NCBI RefSeq assembly: GCF_003334765.1
Contig: NZ_QOWT01000007.1
Length of the DNA: 64,000 nucleotides
Origin: Escherichia coli
GTDB taxonomy: Bacteria > Pseudomonadota > Gammaproteobacteria > Enterobacterales > Enterobacteriaceae
Direction: 5' to 3' (one strand)
Positions 1 through 11,281 of this stretch are shown here, in pieces. Under the pieces are notes generated by a model. The model saw only the letters and a program-made list of their open reading frames with translations, was not told the DNA's origin and ran no database searches. Numbering within the stretch: the first letter of the stretch is position 1; each line of letters begins with the position of its first letter. The position numbers were made by a program, and so were the translations under genes.

Positions 1-61
1 AATCCGCCGCGAGAAAAAAATTCAGCAGTTGACAGTGGCATAAACGTAACTGGTGACTTTT

Positions 62-87
62 GCCCGGCATGACGCCGGGCTTTTTTT
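62..87 (+). terminator. Rho-independent terminator hairpin between convergent genes (upstream plus-strand gene lies outside the window; uhpT by K-12 synteny)
   Basis: GCCCGGC-atgac-GCCGGGC stem followed by T7 run, directly after the ade stop on the other strand. Confidence 0.55.
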
Positions 88-88
88 A

Positions 89-1855
89 TTATTCCGTGAC
101 TTCCAGCGTAGTGAAGGCAAACTTCTCGCCATCAAATAGCCCCTGACTGGTTAGTTTTAGCGCGGGGATCACTGGCAGAGAAAGAAACGCCATCTGAATA
201 AACGGCTCATCGGGTAACGGACCGCATTCACGGGCGGCGGCTTTCAAGGCGTCAATTTGTTCCGCCAGCGACTGCGCCGTGTCGGTGCTCATCAGCCCGG
301 CAATGGGTAACGGCAGATGACTTTGTACCTGGCCGTTACGTACCACGCACAGCCCGCCGCCATCCTGAATCACCTGATTGACCGCCAGCGCCATCTCTTC
401 GGCACTGCGACCGATCACCACAATATTATGGCTGTCATGGCTGACCGTCGCAGCCAGCGCACCTTCATTCAGTCCAAAGCCGCCAAGCAAACCACAAGCC
501 GGAGCCAGCCGTTGCCCGTAACGCTCAAGTACGGCAATAAAGCTCACATCATCGCGATCAAAACCATTTTCGCTGTAGACGCTGGAGTGGGAGTGCGTAA
601 TCAATTCGTTATGGATGACGTCAATGACCCGATAGCGTTTTCCGGGCGTAAATTGCAGGGCAAAGTCGCTGGCGGAAACTGGCTGGCGGGCAATGGTGTT
701 GCCATATGGCGGAGCGGATTGTGCCAGTCTCGCCGACTCTTCCGCCTGTAAGGTTTGCGCATCAATCGGCTCGCCTTTCACCAGTACCTGCTGCACCGTG
801 ACCTTACGCGCATCGCTCAACAGGACGATATCGGCCTGCTTGCCGGGTGCCAGTAAGCCGAGGTGATTCAGACCAAAGTGGCGCGCCGTCGACCAGCTGG
901 CGACGCGATATGCCACATGCAGCGGCACATTGTGTTGTTCGATCAGGCGGCGAATTAAGGCATCGATGTGTCCTTCATGGGCGATCTCCCACGGGTTACG
1001 GTCATCGGTACAGAGCATGCATTGCGGGCTGTTAAATTCGTTGATCAACGGTGCCAGCGCGTTGAGATTGCGGGCAGCGGACCCTTCGCGGATCATCAAC
1101 GACATGCCGAGTTGTAATTTCCGGCGTCCTTCTTCCAGCTGATAACTTTCGTGGCAGTTTTCAATACCCGCAGTAATATAGGCGTTAAGTTCTTTACCAC
1201 CCAAACCCGGGCAGTGACCGTCCAGCGTCAGGTGGCGAAATGCATCCAGTTTATCGAGCAGCGCATTCTGCCCGCTAATTACGCCAGGGTAGTCCATCAT
1301 TTCTGCAAGGCCGGTAACCTGCGGATGGTCCCGCCAGGCGAGCATCTGTTCAAGGGTAAAACTGGCACCGTTAACATCGCAGCCTTCCAGGGCGGGTACG
1401 CAAGAGCTGACCTGTAAGTACTGGTTTTGCCTTGCCTGTTCGGCACAGCGGGCAAACCAGGCGAATCCGGCTTCGCCCATCACGTTGACGATTTCATGAG
1501 GGTCGCAAATAACGGTCGTCAGGCCGCGCGGCAGGGTAGCGGTTTCAAAAGTGACCGGCGTCATCATGCTGGATTCAATATGCAGGTGAGCATCAATAAA
1601 CCCTGGCACCGCCGTTGCGCCGCGAGCATCAATCCGCTGCAAAGCCGGAGCATCAGTGTATTCTGCGCCAACACCGGCAATGTAACGTCCTTTAATCACA
1701 ATTGGGCCGGAAATTTCTCCGCCATTGATCAGGTCGAGAATAGAGACATTATCAATAATATAATCGGCAACAGCGTCGCCACGGGAAACGGCTAACAATT
1801 CCTGGTATTCAGCCCGGCTAATGTGATGAAATTTATGGTTAATAGAATTATTCAT
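89..1855 (-). CDS. ade: adenine deaminase
   Basis: 588 aa ORF; N-terminus [21 protein letters not shown] and metal-dependent hydrolase motifs ([12 protein letters not shown]) recognised as E. coli Ade. Confidence 0.9.
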
Positions 1856-2029
1856 ATTTTTCTCATTTTGATTTTATCAATTTGATTATTATTTATCATA
1901 AAGAAACGTCGCGAGATTATTAAAGAATATCCATTAATGTGCAATTGAAATGTGATAATTATCACTGAACCGTTGTTGTCATTTGTTTTACAAAAGCAAG
2001 GGATTAAATCTCCTCCAATGGACAAAAAA

Positions 2030-3364
2030 ATGAATAATGACAATACCGATTACGTGAGTAATGAATCAGGGACGCTTTCGCGATTATTTAAACTACCTCA
2101 GCATGGGACCACCGTCCGCACAGAATTGATTGCGGGGATGACCACTTTTTTAACCATGGTGTACATCGTTTTTGTGAACCCGCAAATCCTCGGCGCGGCA
2201 CAAATGGACCCGAAAGTGGTGTTTGTTACCACCTGTTTGATTGCCGGTATCGGCAGTATTGCGATGGGGATATTTGCTAACTTACCCGTGGCGCTGGCTC
2301 CGGCAATGGGGCTGAACGCCTTCTTTGCCTTCGTGGTCGTGGGGGCGATGGGCATCTCCTGGCAGACCGGGATGGGCGCAATATTCTGGGGCGCAGTTGG
2401 ACTATTTTTGCTCACGCTGTTTCGTATCCGGTACTGGATGATCTCCAACATTCCCTTAAGTTTACGTATTGGTATCACCAGCGGAATTGGATTATTTATC
2501 GCCTTAATGGGATTAAAAAATACTGGCGTTATTGTCGCCAATAAAGACACGCTGGTGATGATTGGCGATTTAAGTTCTCACGGCGTGTTGTTAGGTATTT
2601 TAGGGTTTTTTATTATAACCGTGTTGTCATCACGTCATTTTCATGCCGCGGTGCTGGTTTCTATTGTGGTGACGTCTTGCTGTGGATTATTTTTCGGTGA
2701 TGTTCATTTTAGCGGCGTCTATTCCATTCCGCCTGATATTAGCGGCGTCATTGGTGAAGTAGATTTGAGCGGCGCGTTAACACTTGAACTCGCCGGTATC
2801 ATTTTCTCCTTTATGCTGATCAACCTATTTGATTCATCAGGAACATTAATTGGTGTAACTGATAAAGCGGGCTTAATAGATGGTAACGGTAAATTCCCCA
2901 ATATGAATAAGGCGCTGTATGTTGATAGCGTCAGTTCGGTGGCGGGTGCGTTTATCGGCACCTCGTCTGTTACTGCCTATATTGAAAGTACTTCTGGTGT
3001 GGCAGTCGGTGGCCGCACGGGGCTGACTGCGGTTGTGGTTGGCGTTATGTTCCTGTTGGTTATGTTCTTCTCACCGCTGGTGGCGATAGTTCCTCCTTAC
3101 GCAACCGCCGGAGCGTTAATCTTTGTTGGCGTGCTGATGACTTCGAGCCTGGCGCGCGTTAACTGGGATGATTTTACCGAATCGGTGCCTGCGTTTATTA
3201 CCACGGTGATGATGCCCTTTACTTTCTCGATCACCGAAGGGATTGCACTCGGCTTTATGTCGTACTGCATCATGAAAGTATGCACCGGGCGCTGGCGCGA
3301 TCTGAACCTGTGTGTGGTGGTGGTCGCAGCTCTGTTTGCACTGAAGATTATTCTGGTGGATTAG
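2030..3364 (+). CDS. adeQ: adenine permease (NCS2/AzgA family)
   Basis: ORF 1952..3364; start placed at MNNDNTDYV (444 aa), divergent from ade. Confidence 0.85.
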   Translation: MNNDNTDYVSNESGTLSRLFKLPQHGTTVRTELIAGMTTFLTMVYIVFVNPQILGAAQMDPKVVFVTTCLIAGIGSIAMGIFANLPVALAPAMGLNAFFAFVVVGAMGISWQTGMGAIFWGAVGLFLLTLFRIRYWMISNIPLSLRIGITSGIGLFIALMGLKNTGVIVANKDTLVMIGDLSSHGVLLGILGFFIITVLSSRHFHAAVLVSIVVTSCCGLFFGDVHFSGVYSIPPDISGVIGEVDLSGALTLELAGIIFSFMLINLFDSSGTLIGVTDKAGLIDGNGKFPNMNKALYVDSVSSVAGAFIGTSSVTAYIESTSGVAVGGRTGLTAVVVGVMFLLVMFFSPLVAIVPPYATAGALIFVGVLMTSSLARVNWDDFTESVPAFITTVMMPFTFSITEGIALGFMSYCIMKVCTGRWRDLNLCVVVVAALFALKIILVD

Positions 3365-3416
3365 TAACTGGCGAGGGTTTCCAGATATCATGAGTTCTGA
3401 TTACGCAGGAGAACTC

Positions 3417-3869
3417 ATGATCTGGATAATGCTCGCCACGCTGGCGGTAGTGTTTGTGGTTGGTTTTCGGGTGCTGACATCCGGGGCCAGAAAAGCGATT
3501 CGCCGTCTCAGCGATCGGCTGAACATCGATGTCGTACCCGTGGAGTCGATGGTCGATCAAATGGGAAAGTCAGCTGGTGACGAATTTTTACGTTATTTGC
3601 ATCGTCCGGATGAGTCGCACCTGCAAAACGCCGCGCAGGTGTTGCTCATCTGGCAAATTGTCATTGTCGATGGTAGCGAACAGAACCTGCTGCAATGGCA
3701 TCGGATTTTACAAAAAGCTCGCCTCGCCGCGCCGATTACCGACGCTCAGGTCAGGCTGGCGCTAGGTTTTCTGCGCGAAACCGAACCTGAAATGCAGGAT
3801 ATTAATGCTTTTCAGATGCGCTATAACGCGTTCTTTCAGCCTGCCGAGGGCGTTCACTGGTTGCATTGA
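3417..3869 (+). CDS. yicN: DUF1198 family small membrane protein
   Basis: ORF 3390..3869; single N-terminal hydrophobic segment; start at MIWIM gives 150 aa; upstream in-frame ATG at 3390 also possible. Confidence 0.65.
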   Translation: MIWIMLATLAVVFVVGFRVLTSGARKAIRRLSDRLNIDVVPVESMVDQMGKSAGDEFLRYLHRPDESHLQNAAQVLLIWQIVIVDGSEQNLLQWHRILQKARLAAPITDAQVRLALGFLRETEPEMQDINAFQMRYNAFFQPAEGVHWLH

Positions 3870-4079
3870 AACCGTTTCGTCTTATCAGCCTACAGACCGC
3901 GCCTGACCTGTCGGGTGGATAAGACGTTCACGCCGCATCCGGTAATCTTTGCCCTGTTCCGTTTCGATCTTAACTCCAGCTCAAGCAACACCGTAAAAGT
4001 TGCAAAAACGTTAAATGCGTCACACATTTCAATGTTAAAGTGGTCGGCTTTTCCCCTGAAACATGCCACGGGTAACACC

Positions 4080-5270
4080 ATGAGTGAATTTATTGCCGAA
4101 AACCGCGGCGCGGATGCCATCACCCGACCGAACTGGTCAGCCGTTTTCTCGGTGGCGTTTTGTGTCGCCTGTCTGATTATCGTTGAGTTTTTGCCCGTCA
4201 GTTTGTTGACGCCAATGGCCCAGGATTTAGGCATTTCGGAAGGGGTTGCCGGGCAATCGGTGACCGTGACCGCCTTTGTGGCAATGTTTGCCAGTTTGTT
4301 TATTACCCAGACAATTCAGGCTACTGACCGCCGCTACGTTGTTATTTTGTTTGCCGTTTTGCTGACGCTCTCCTGCTTGCTGGTTTCCTTTGCTAACTCA
4401 TTCAGTTTGCTTTTAATCGGTCGTGCCTGTCTGGGGCTGGCGCTGGGCGGGTTCTGGGCGATGTCGGCGTCGCTGACCATGCGTCTGGTGCCGCCGCGTA
4501 CGGTGCCGAAGGCGCTGTCGGTGATCTTCGGCGCGGTTTCTATTGCGCTGGTGATTGCCGCGCCGTTGGGCAGTTTTTTAGGCGAGCTTATCGGTTGGCG
4601 CAATGTCTTTAATGCGGCGGCGGTGATGGGCGTGCTGTGTATTTTCTGGATTATCAAATCATTGCCTTCACTGCCAGGCGAACCCTCGCATCAGAAACAA
4701 AATACTTTCCGCTTATTACAACGTCCGGGTGTGATGGCAGGGATGATCGCCATCTTCATGTCTTTCGCCGGGCAGTTTGCTTTCTTCACGTATATTCGCC
4801 CGGTGTATATGAACCTGGCGGGATTCGGCGTGGATGGCTTAACGCTGGTGCTGTTGAGTTTTGGTATCGCCAGCTTTATTGGTACGTCGCTTTCGTCGTT
4901 CATTCTTAAACGTTCGGTAAAACTGGCCTTAGCAGGCGCGCCGTTAATACTGGCTGTGAGTGCGTTGGTACTGACGTTGTGGGGAAGCGATAAAATCGTT
5001 GCTACCGGCGTGGCGATTATCTGGGGGCTAACTTTTGCATTGGTTCCCGTCGGCTGGTCAACGTGGATCACCCGCTCGCTGGCCGATCAGGCAGAAAAAG
5101 CCGGGTCTATTCAGGTGGCGGTTATTCAGCTTGCTAATACCTGTGGCGCGGCAATCGGCGGTTATGCGCTGGATAATATTGGTCTGACTTCGCCGTTGAT
5201 GTTGTCCGGCACATTGATGTTGCTGACTGCATTGTTGGTTACTGCAAAGGTGAAAATGAAGAAATCCTGA
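4080..5270 (+). CDS. nepI: MFS purine ribonucleoside efflux pump
   Basis: ORF 3915..5270; start placed at [10 protein letters not shown] (396 aa); multi-TM MFS pattern. Confidence 0.85.
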   Translation: MSEFIAENRGADAITRPNWSAVFSVAFCVACLIIVEFLPVSLLTPMAQDLGISEGVAGQSVTVTAFVAMFASLFITQTIQATDRRYVVILFAVLLTLSCLLVSFANSFSLLLIGRACLGLALGGFWAMSASLTMRLVPPRTVPKALSVIFGAVSIALVIAAPLGSFLGELIGWRNVFNAAAVMGVLCIFWIIKSLPSLPGEPSHQKQNTFRLLQRPGVMAGMIAIFMSFAGQFAFFTYIRPVYMNLAGFGVDGLTLVLLSFGIASFIGTSLSSFILKRSVKLALAGAPLILAVSALVLTLWGSDKIVATGVAIIWGLTFALVPVGWSTWITRSLADQAEKAGSIQVAVIQLANTCGAAIGGYALDNIGLTSPLMLSGTLMLLTALLVTAKVKMKKS

Positions 5271-5310
5271 TATCAGGTAAAGAAGCGTTGGTCAGTAGTT
5301 GTTGCTGTTC

Positions 5311-5604
5311 TTACATATCCGGGCATTCTACCTTACCCAACGCTTCCCAATAATTGCTCTGATTATTACGTTCCATCGCCACGATGGCCTCGCGTATATG
5401 TTGTTTATTGTTTTCATCTGACAACATTAACTTTTCCCACGCTTCATCTGATAATGACGCCTGTGGCGTGCAAATTTTACGTAAATCTTGTAATACCGTG
5501 GTTTTCTCTTTTGCGGACTGCAGTGAGCTAAAAGGCGACTCGGCGTATACGATGCCTGGCATAGCGAAAAAAGTGAAAATAAGCAGTAGTGTCGTTGGTT
5601 TCAT
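5311..5604 (-). CDS. yicS: secreted small protein of unknown function
   Basis: 97 aa ORF with N-terminal signal peptide MKPTTLLLIFTFFAMPGIVYA. Confidence 0.75.
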   Translation of the reverse strand: MKPTTLLLIFTFFAMPGIVYAESPFSSLQSAKEKTTVLQDLRKICTPQASLSDEAWEKLMLSDENNKQHIREAIVAMERNNQSNYWEALGKVECPDM

Positions 5605-5825
5605 GGATTCAACCTTTTACAAATGTGTATCGAATGAAGCATAAGTGTAGTTTGCTTTCATCGCTCTCATCATGCTGTACGAAACGCGCTTGCGTGGTCA
5701 GTAAGAAGTGCCAGACTTTATATTCCACTTTTATTCCTTTTTATTCTTATCGATAGCGTTTCGTTTTTTAAACCGCAGCGACCTTACCGCTATAGTCAGG
5801 TAATCATTAATAAAAGGATAAAAAA

Positions 5826-6644
5826 ATGAAACTGACAACACATCATCTACGGACAGGGGCCGCATTATTGCTGGCCGGAATTCTGCTGGCAGGTTGCGAC
5901 CAGAGTAGCAGCGATGCAAAACACATTAAAGTTGGCGTTATAAATGGCGCAGAACAAGATGTCGCGGAAGTCGCTAAAAAGGTGGCAAAAGAGAAATATG
6001 GCCTCGATGTTGAACTGGTAGGATTTAGCGGTTCGTTGCTACCGAACGATGCGACAAATCATGGCGAACTTGATGCGAATGTCTTCCAGCATCGACCCTT
6101 TCTTGAACAAGATAATCAGGCGCATGGTTATAAACTGGTAGCGGTGGGAAATACGTTTGTCTTCCCTATGGCGGGTTATTCCAAAAAAATCAAAACCGTG
6201 GCGCAAATAAAAGAAGGCGCGACAGTGGCGATCCCCAACGACCCGACCAACCTTGGTCGCGCACTTTTACTGTTGCAAAAAGAGAAGCTAATTACTCTGA
6301 AAGAGGGAAAAGGGTTATTACCTACCGCGCTGGATATAACCGATAATCCTCGTCATTTGCAGATTATGGAACTCGAGGGGGCGCAGCTCCCGCGCGTACT
6401 GGATGATCCCAAAGTTGATGTAGCGATTATCAGCACCACTTACATTCAGCAGACCGGGCTTTCTCCGGTGCACGACAGCGTATTTATTGAAGATAAGAAT
6501 TCGCCGTATGTGAATATTTTGGTGGCACGGGAAGATAATAAGAATGCAGAAAACGTGAAGGAATTTCTGCAATCTTATCAATCACCCGAAGTCGCTAAAG
6601 CGGCAGAAACCATTTTTAACGGTGGCGCGGTGCCTGGCTGGTAA
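5826..6644 (+). CDS. nlpA: lipoprotein-28, methionine-binding NlpA family lipoprotein
   Basis: 272 aa; lipobox LLAGC after signal peptide; MetQ/NlpA-like sequence. Confidence 0.9.
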   Translation: MKLTTHHLRTGAALLLAGILLAGCDQSSSDAKHIKVGVINGAEQDVAEVAKKVAKEKYGLDVELVGFSGSLLPNDATNHGELDANVFQHRPFLEQDNQAHGYKLVAVGNTFVFPMAGYSKKIKTVAQIKEGATVAIPNDPTNLGRALLLLQKEKLITLKEGKGLLPTALDITDNPRHLQIMELEGAQLPRVLDDPKVDVAIISTTYIQQTGLSPVHDSVFIEDKNSPYVNILVAREDNKNAENVKEFLQSYQSPEVAKAAETIFNGGAVPGW

Positions 6645-6647
6645 TTC

Positions 6648-7571
6648 TCACTTATGCCGCGCCGGACGATTTATTTTTCTGGCGCGGCGACGGGAATCCA
6701 TTGAAATCAAAATCACCGATGACAGAATCAGCAGCGTTCCCAGCCAGTCCGGTAATGTGAACGTGATCCCCAGCAACAGCAAAGAGAGTAGCGCGCTACT
6801 TAATGGTTCTGCACAGCTCAAAATGCTGGCTTTTGGACCGCCAATTAATTGTGCTCCTTTCAGGTACAGACTAAATGTCAGGGACGTACCAATGACCACC
6901 AAATAAAAAAACGCCAGAATCAAACTGCCGTTAACGACAAAGTTTGTTCCTTGTCTGGCATAAAAAGGCAACAGAATCAGACCGCCAATCAGCATACTCC
7001 AGCCGACGACTGGTAACGTGCCATAGCGGGCAATTAGCGTTGAGGGATAGGTGGTATAGAATGCAGCAGCAAATGCCGAGGCAATGCCCCAGAACAACGC
7101 GGCAGGAGAGATCGATAATGACGTCGGATTACCGTGTGTCACCAATAAAAAAGTCCCGACCAGCGATGTCAAAATAGCGCAGAAAACCAGAATGCCCGGG
7201 CGCGATTTACGCACCAGTGAGAACCAGGCGACGATAATCGTCGGTGAGAGGAATTGCAGCACCGTTGCCGTGGCTGCGTTCGATTTTTCGATGGTTAGCA
7301 AAAAAGTGAGCTGTACAGTTAGCGCGCCAACCACGGAAAAAATCAGCAGGCTAATGGCATCTTTATGATTGTTAATAATAGAAAAGATTTTATCGCCATG
7401 AACAAATGACAGCGTCAGTAGAATCAAACCGGCGAATATCAAACGCGTCATAGTCAAAAACTGCGACGACATCTGGCTTTGCTCCATGATGTATTGCGCG
7501 CAGACCCCTGAACTTCCCCACAACACGGCGGCAATCAGAACGTTCAGCATCCCCTTTCTGGTGGAACCCAT
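6648..7571 (-). CDS. yicL: EamA/DMT family inner membrane transporter
   Basis: 307 aa polytopic membrane protein; position between nlpA and setC. Confidence 0.8.
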
Positions 7572-7681
7572 TTTTCCCTCTGCATACTGTTTTGTCGTTT
7601 ATGTATGCAGGCATGATAGCAAAAATGGCGAGGATGGCTCTGTTTGCGCCACGCCGATTTTTCTTAGCCCAGACTGGTGAG

Positions 7682-8866
7682 CTAAATATCTTTAATAAAC
7701 AGCAGGCAAATCATCGCAATACCCAACATCCCTATCGCCAGCCAGAACAACGCATGGTAGCTCCAGATTTCAACCATAATTCCGTCAACAGAGCCGGCGA
7801 TAATCCAGCCGACGCGTGAAGTATTTGCATATAACGTTGTCGCAGAGCCTATTTTTTCAGGCATCAAGTCCTGAAAATAAAGCATGCCGATACCACAGAG
7901 AATACCAAGGAAGATGGCATTAAGAATTTGCAATTCCAGCTCAACCGCCGGAGTCGTCGCCATGAGTACGCTGGCGTAAAAACACATTCCACTCACGATA
8001 GCAATGAGCATTAATAGTCGCTTGCCAATACGTTTCATGTAATAGCCTGCGATTAACATCATCGGAATTTCCAGACCGGCAGCGATACCAATCATTTCTC
8101 CAGCCAGTTTATCGGTTAGATGCAGTTCATCAATAATAAATAGCGGCATATTTATCATGTAGAGATTATTCGCCGCCCACATCATTGAACAGACCACAAA
8201 AAGTAGCCGCGTATCCCGCTTCCTGTGGGTGGAGGGTAAAATTTCTACGGGTTGGGTAACGACAGGAATATTTCTTTGTATTGATGGCAAAAACAACCAG
8301 ACTATCAGTCCGCAAACAACAAATGCGATGGCAGCGGTGAGATACATCACTTTAAAACTAAATCCCATTGCCAGTTCATAAGCGAGCGGTGGCCCGATAA
8401 CCCAGGCAAGCGAGATCTGAGCACGTAAAAATGTACTGAACATGACCGTCTCACGGCCTGTTCTGTCGGCGTGTTCACGGGCGAGGGCGAACATTTGCGG
8501 GTTTGCGGTGGAAGCAAAACTACTCAGAAGTACGCCCGTTGAGAGGAGAATGAAGTAGTTGCGATTCCACGCAAAAAGCGTGCAGGCCAGCACTCCAAAT
8601 AAGCAACATAGCAGAATCAGTAATTTACGGTCGCCTTGTTTATCGGAGTGCCTTGCCAGAAATTGACTGACCAGAATTCCCATAATAGCGCTACCGGTGA
8701 AGAAAAAACCTACCATTATAGGACGGGCTTTCAGTTCATCTGCGAGGAATATACTTAGGGTAGGAGTCTGAAGAGCGCCCGCAATACCCGTCAGAAAGGC
8801 GACAAGTAAAAATGCCGCGGCAGTGAGATCAAGTATTTTTGATGGAGTGGTAGCCGTTTTTTGCAT
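7682..8866 (-). CDS. setC: MFS sugar efflux transporter SetC
   Basis: 394 aa MFS protein adjacent to selC. Confidence 0.85.
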   Translation of the reverse strand: MQKTATTPSKILDLTAAAFLLVAFLTGIAGALQTPTLSIFLADELKARPIMVGFFFTGSAIMGILVSQFLARHSDKQGDRKLLILLCCLFGVLACTLFAWNRNYFILLSTGVLLSSFASTANPQMFALAREHADRTGRETVMFSTFLRAQISLAWVIGPPLAYELAMGFSFKVMYLTAAIAFVVCGLIVWLFLPSIQRNIPVVTQPVEILPSTHRKRDTRLLFVVCSMMWAANNLYMINMPLFIIDELHLTDKLAGEMIGIAAGLEIPMMLIAGYYMKRIGKRLLMLIAIVSGMCFYASVLMATTPAVELELQILNAIFLGILCGIGMLYFQDLMPEKIGSATTLYANTSRVGWIIAGSVDGIMVEIWSYHALFWLAIGMLGIAMICLLFIKDI

Positions 8867-9502
8867 TCTTCTGAATCACCGGGCGAAAAAATATAACTGA
8901 GTTACAAATAAGTACCAGTCGAATGAGTATTGTATTAAGAATTTTTGAGTATCGCTGATACAACCAGAAAGCAATGCTAGCGCAATATTATAGGGCCAGC
9001 AATTGAGATTATTAGTAAAAGCATGTTAAGAATTAATTACCGAATTTATATATTAATTATAGTAAGGCAATGAGCTATTTTTGATAGTAAAAATAAAACA
9101 AGTTGATTTGATATATTAAATGAACAAATTAATCTTGATGGCAGTCTGATTATTGGTGAAGTTTATAGTCAGTTTTTTTCGCCAGCGGTTAAAGAAATAG
9201 AATAGTCGTATAAAAAAGGGTGTTCTGGGGCGAGTAAAACAACATCTTCACCTTAATGGCGATACAGTTGGCTGAGAGTCAGCAGGGGGGCAAATCACCT
9301 GCAAATAAACACGGCGCATACTGGCGTGAATATCGCGGATGCGTTCGAGGACAGAAGAACCGACAGGCGGATTCTTCAGCCGCTCATCGTCCATCACAAA
9401 ACCTTAGACCAGGTATTCCTGAAGCCGATTGAATATTGAGCAGTAGAAAATATCTGGATTGACAGTATTACAAGGGGTTGGAGAACGTCAGGAGAGGCAT
9501 TT

Positions 9503-9597
9503 TGGCGGAAGATCACAGGAGTCGAACCTGCCCGGGACCGCTGGCGGCCCCAACTGGATTTGAAGTCCAGCCGCCTCACCGGAGACGACGATCTTCC
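9503..9597 (-). tRNA. selC: tRNA-Sec (selenocysteine tRNA)
   Basis: Minus strand reads GGAAGATCGTCGTCTCCGGTGAGGCGGCTGGACTTCAAATCCAGTTGGGGCCGCCAGCGGTCCCGGGCAGGTTCGACTCCTGTGATCTTCCGCCA, the 95-nt selC sequence with long extra arm and UCA anticodon. Confidence 0.95.
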
Positions 9598-9889
9598 GCG
9601 CCTCGATTGCTACATGGAGGCGGGGCGCATTATAGCTACTTCCTTGAGTTTCTACATCCCCCAGATCAGTTTTTTCCGCCTAATACACGCAGCGTATTAT
9701 CACGAAAGCATTATAGTTCATATAAAATCCATATTTTACAATGATATATGAGCGGAATTAACGCTACCACGATCACATAAAACAAGAATCATAAATTAAT
9801 AACCAGATATCGGAATATTCGCTCTCACAGGGATGGTTTACAAAATGCGTTATCGGTCTCAGCACCCCTATAGCATCAAGGAAAAGTAG

Positions 9890-11272
9890 ATGAAGAGTGA
9901 AGTGTTGTCCGTTAAAGAGAAAATTGGTTATGGCATGGGAGACGCCGCCAGCCACATTATTTTCGATAACGTAATGTTATATATGATGTTCTTTTATACC
10001 GATATTTTTGGCATTCCTGCCGGATTTGTCGGAACCATGTTTTTGGTCGCTCGTGCACTGGATGCGATTTCCGATCCTTGCATGGGGTTGTTGGCCGATC
10101 GAACGCGCTCTCGCTGGGGTAAATTTCGTCCGTGGGTACTGTTTGGCGCACTGCCATTTGGGATCGTCTGTGTACTGGCCTATAGCACGCCAGATCTCAG
10201 TATGAACGGAAAAATGATTTATGCAGCAATTACTTACACCCTACTTACCTTACTTTATACCGTCGTCAATATCCCTTACTGCGCATTGGGTGGTGTAATC
10301 ACCAATGACCCGACTCAGCGTATCTCGCTGCAATCCTGGCGTTTTGTGCTGGCGACCGCGGGAGGCATGCTTTCTACGGTTCTGATGATGCCACTGGTTA
10401 ATTTAATTGGTGGTGATAATAAACCACTCGGTTTCCAGGGTGGTATCGCGGTCCTTTCCGTGGTGGCATTCATGATGCTGGCATTCTGTTTCTTCACCAC
10501 TAAAGAACGCGTTGAAGCACCACCTACAACGACGTCTATGCGGGAAGATTTACGTGATATCTGGCAAAACGACCAGTGGCGGATTGTCGGTTTACTAACC
10601 ATTTTCAATATCCTGGCGGTGTGCGTACGCGGTGGAGCGATGATGTATTACGTCACATGGATTTTGGGTACGCCGGAAGTGTTTGTCGCTTTTCTCACCA
10701 CTTATTGCGTGGGTAACCTGATTGGTTCCGCTCTGGCAAAACCGCTGACCGACTGGAAATGTAAAGTCACTATTTTCTGGTGGACGAACGCCCTGCTGGC
10801 AGTGATTAGCCTCGCGATGTTCTTTGTTCCCATGCAGGCCAGCATCACTATGTTTGTCTTCATCTTCGTGATTGGTGTGTTGCATCAACTGGTGACACCT
10901 ATCCAGTGGGTAATGATGTCCGATACCGTCGACTACGGCGAGTGGTGCAATGGTAAACGCCTGACCGGGATCAGTTTTGCTGGCACGCTGTTTGTGCTCA
11001 AACTGGGGTTGGCCTTCGGCGGCGCTCTTATCGGCTGGATGCTGGCTTATGGCGGATATGATGCGGCAGAAAAAGCGCAGAACAGCGCCACGATTAGCAT
11101 CATTATTGCGCTATTCACGATTGTTCCGGCGATCTGTTATTTGCTGAGCGCGATTATCGCTAAACGCTACTACTCACTCACGACGCACAATCTGAAAACC
11201 GTTATGGAACAGCTGGCCCAGGGCAAACGCCGTTGCCAGCAACAATTCACCTCTCAAGAAGTGCAGAACTAA
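9890..11272 (+). CDS. yicJ: GPH-family (MelB-like) sugar:cation symporter
   Basis: 460 aa; GPH family N-terminal pattern (LSVKEKIGYGMGD); followed 10 bp later by yicI. Confidence 0.85.
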   Translation: MKSEVLSVKEKIGYGMGDAASHIIFDNVMLYMMFFYTDIFGIPAGFVGTMFLVARALDAISDPCMGLLADRTRSRWGKFRPWVLFGALPFGIVCVLAYSTPDLSMNGKMIYAAITYTLLTLLYTVVNIPYCALGGVITNDPTQRISLQSWRFVLATAGGMLSTVLMMPLVNLIGGDNKPLGFQGGIAVLSVVAFMMLAFCFFTTKERVEAPPTTTSMREDLRDIWQNDQWRIVGLLTIFNILAVCVRGGAMMYYVTWILGTPEVFVAFLTTYCVGNLIGSALAKPLTDWKCKVTIFWWTNALLAVISLAMFFVPMQASITMFVFIFVIGVLHQLVTPIQWVMMSDTVDYGEWCNGKRLTGISFAGTLFVLKLGLAFGGALIGWMLAYGGYDAAEKAQNSATISIIIALFTIVPAICYLLSAIIAKRYYSLTTHNLKTVMEQLAQGKRRCQQQFTSQEVQN

Positions 11273-11281
11273 GGAACGGCA

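Noticed and set aside
8867-9502. Possible pathogenicity island or integrase at selC
   Set aside because: Only 636 bp separate selC from setC, with no integrase-like ORF and no evident att duplication. The site appears unoccupied; the AT-rich tract is noted as a finding instead.
9394-9751. Three small ORFs (61-88 aa) overlapping selC on both strands
   Set aside because: They overlap a tRNA gene and its promoter, have no ribosome-binding site, and have arginine/proline-rich composition typical of random frames in GC-rich tRNA sequence.
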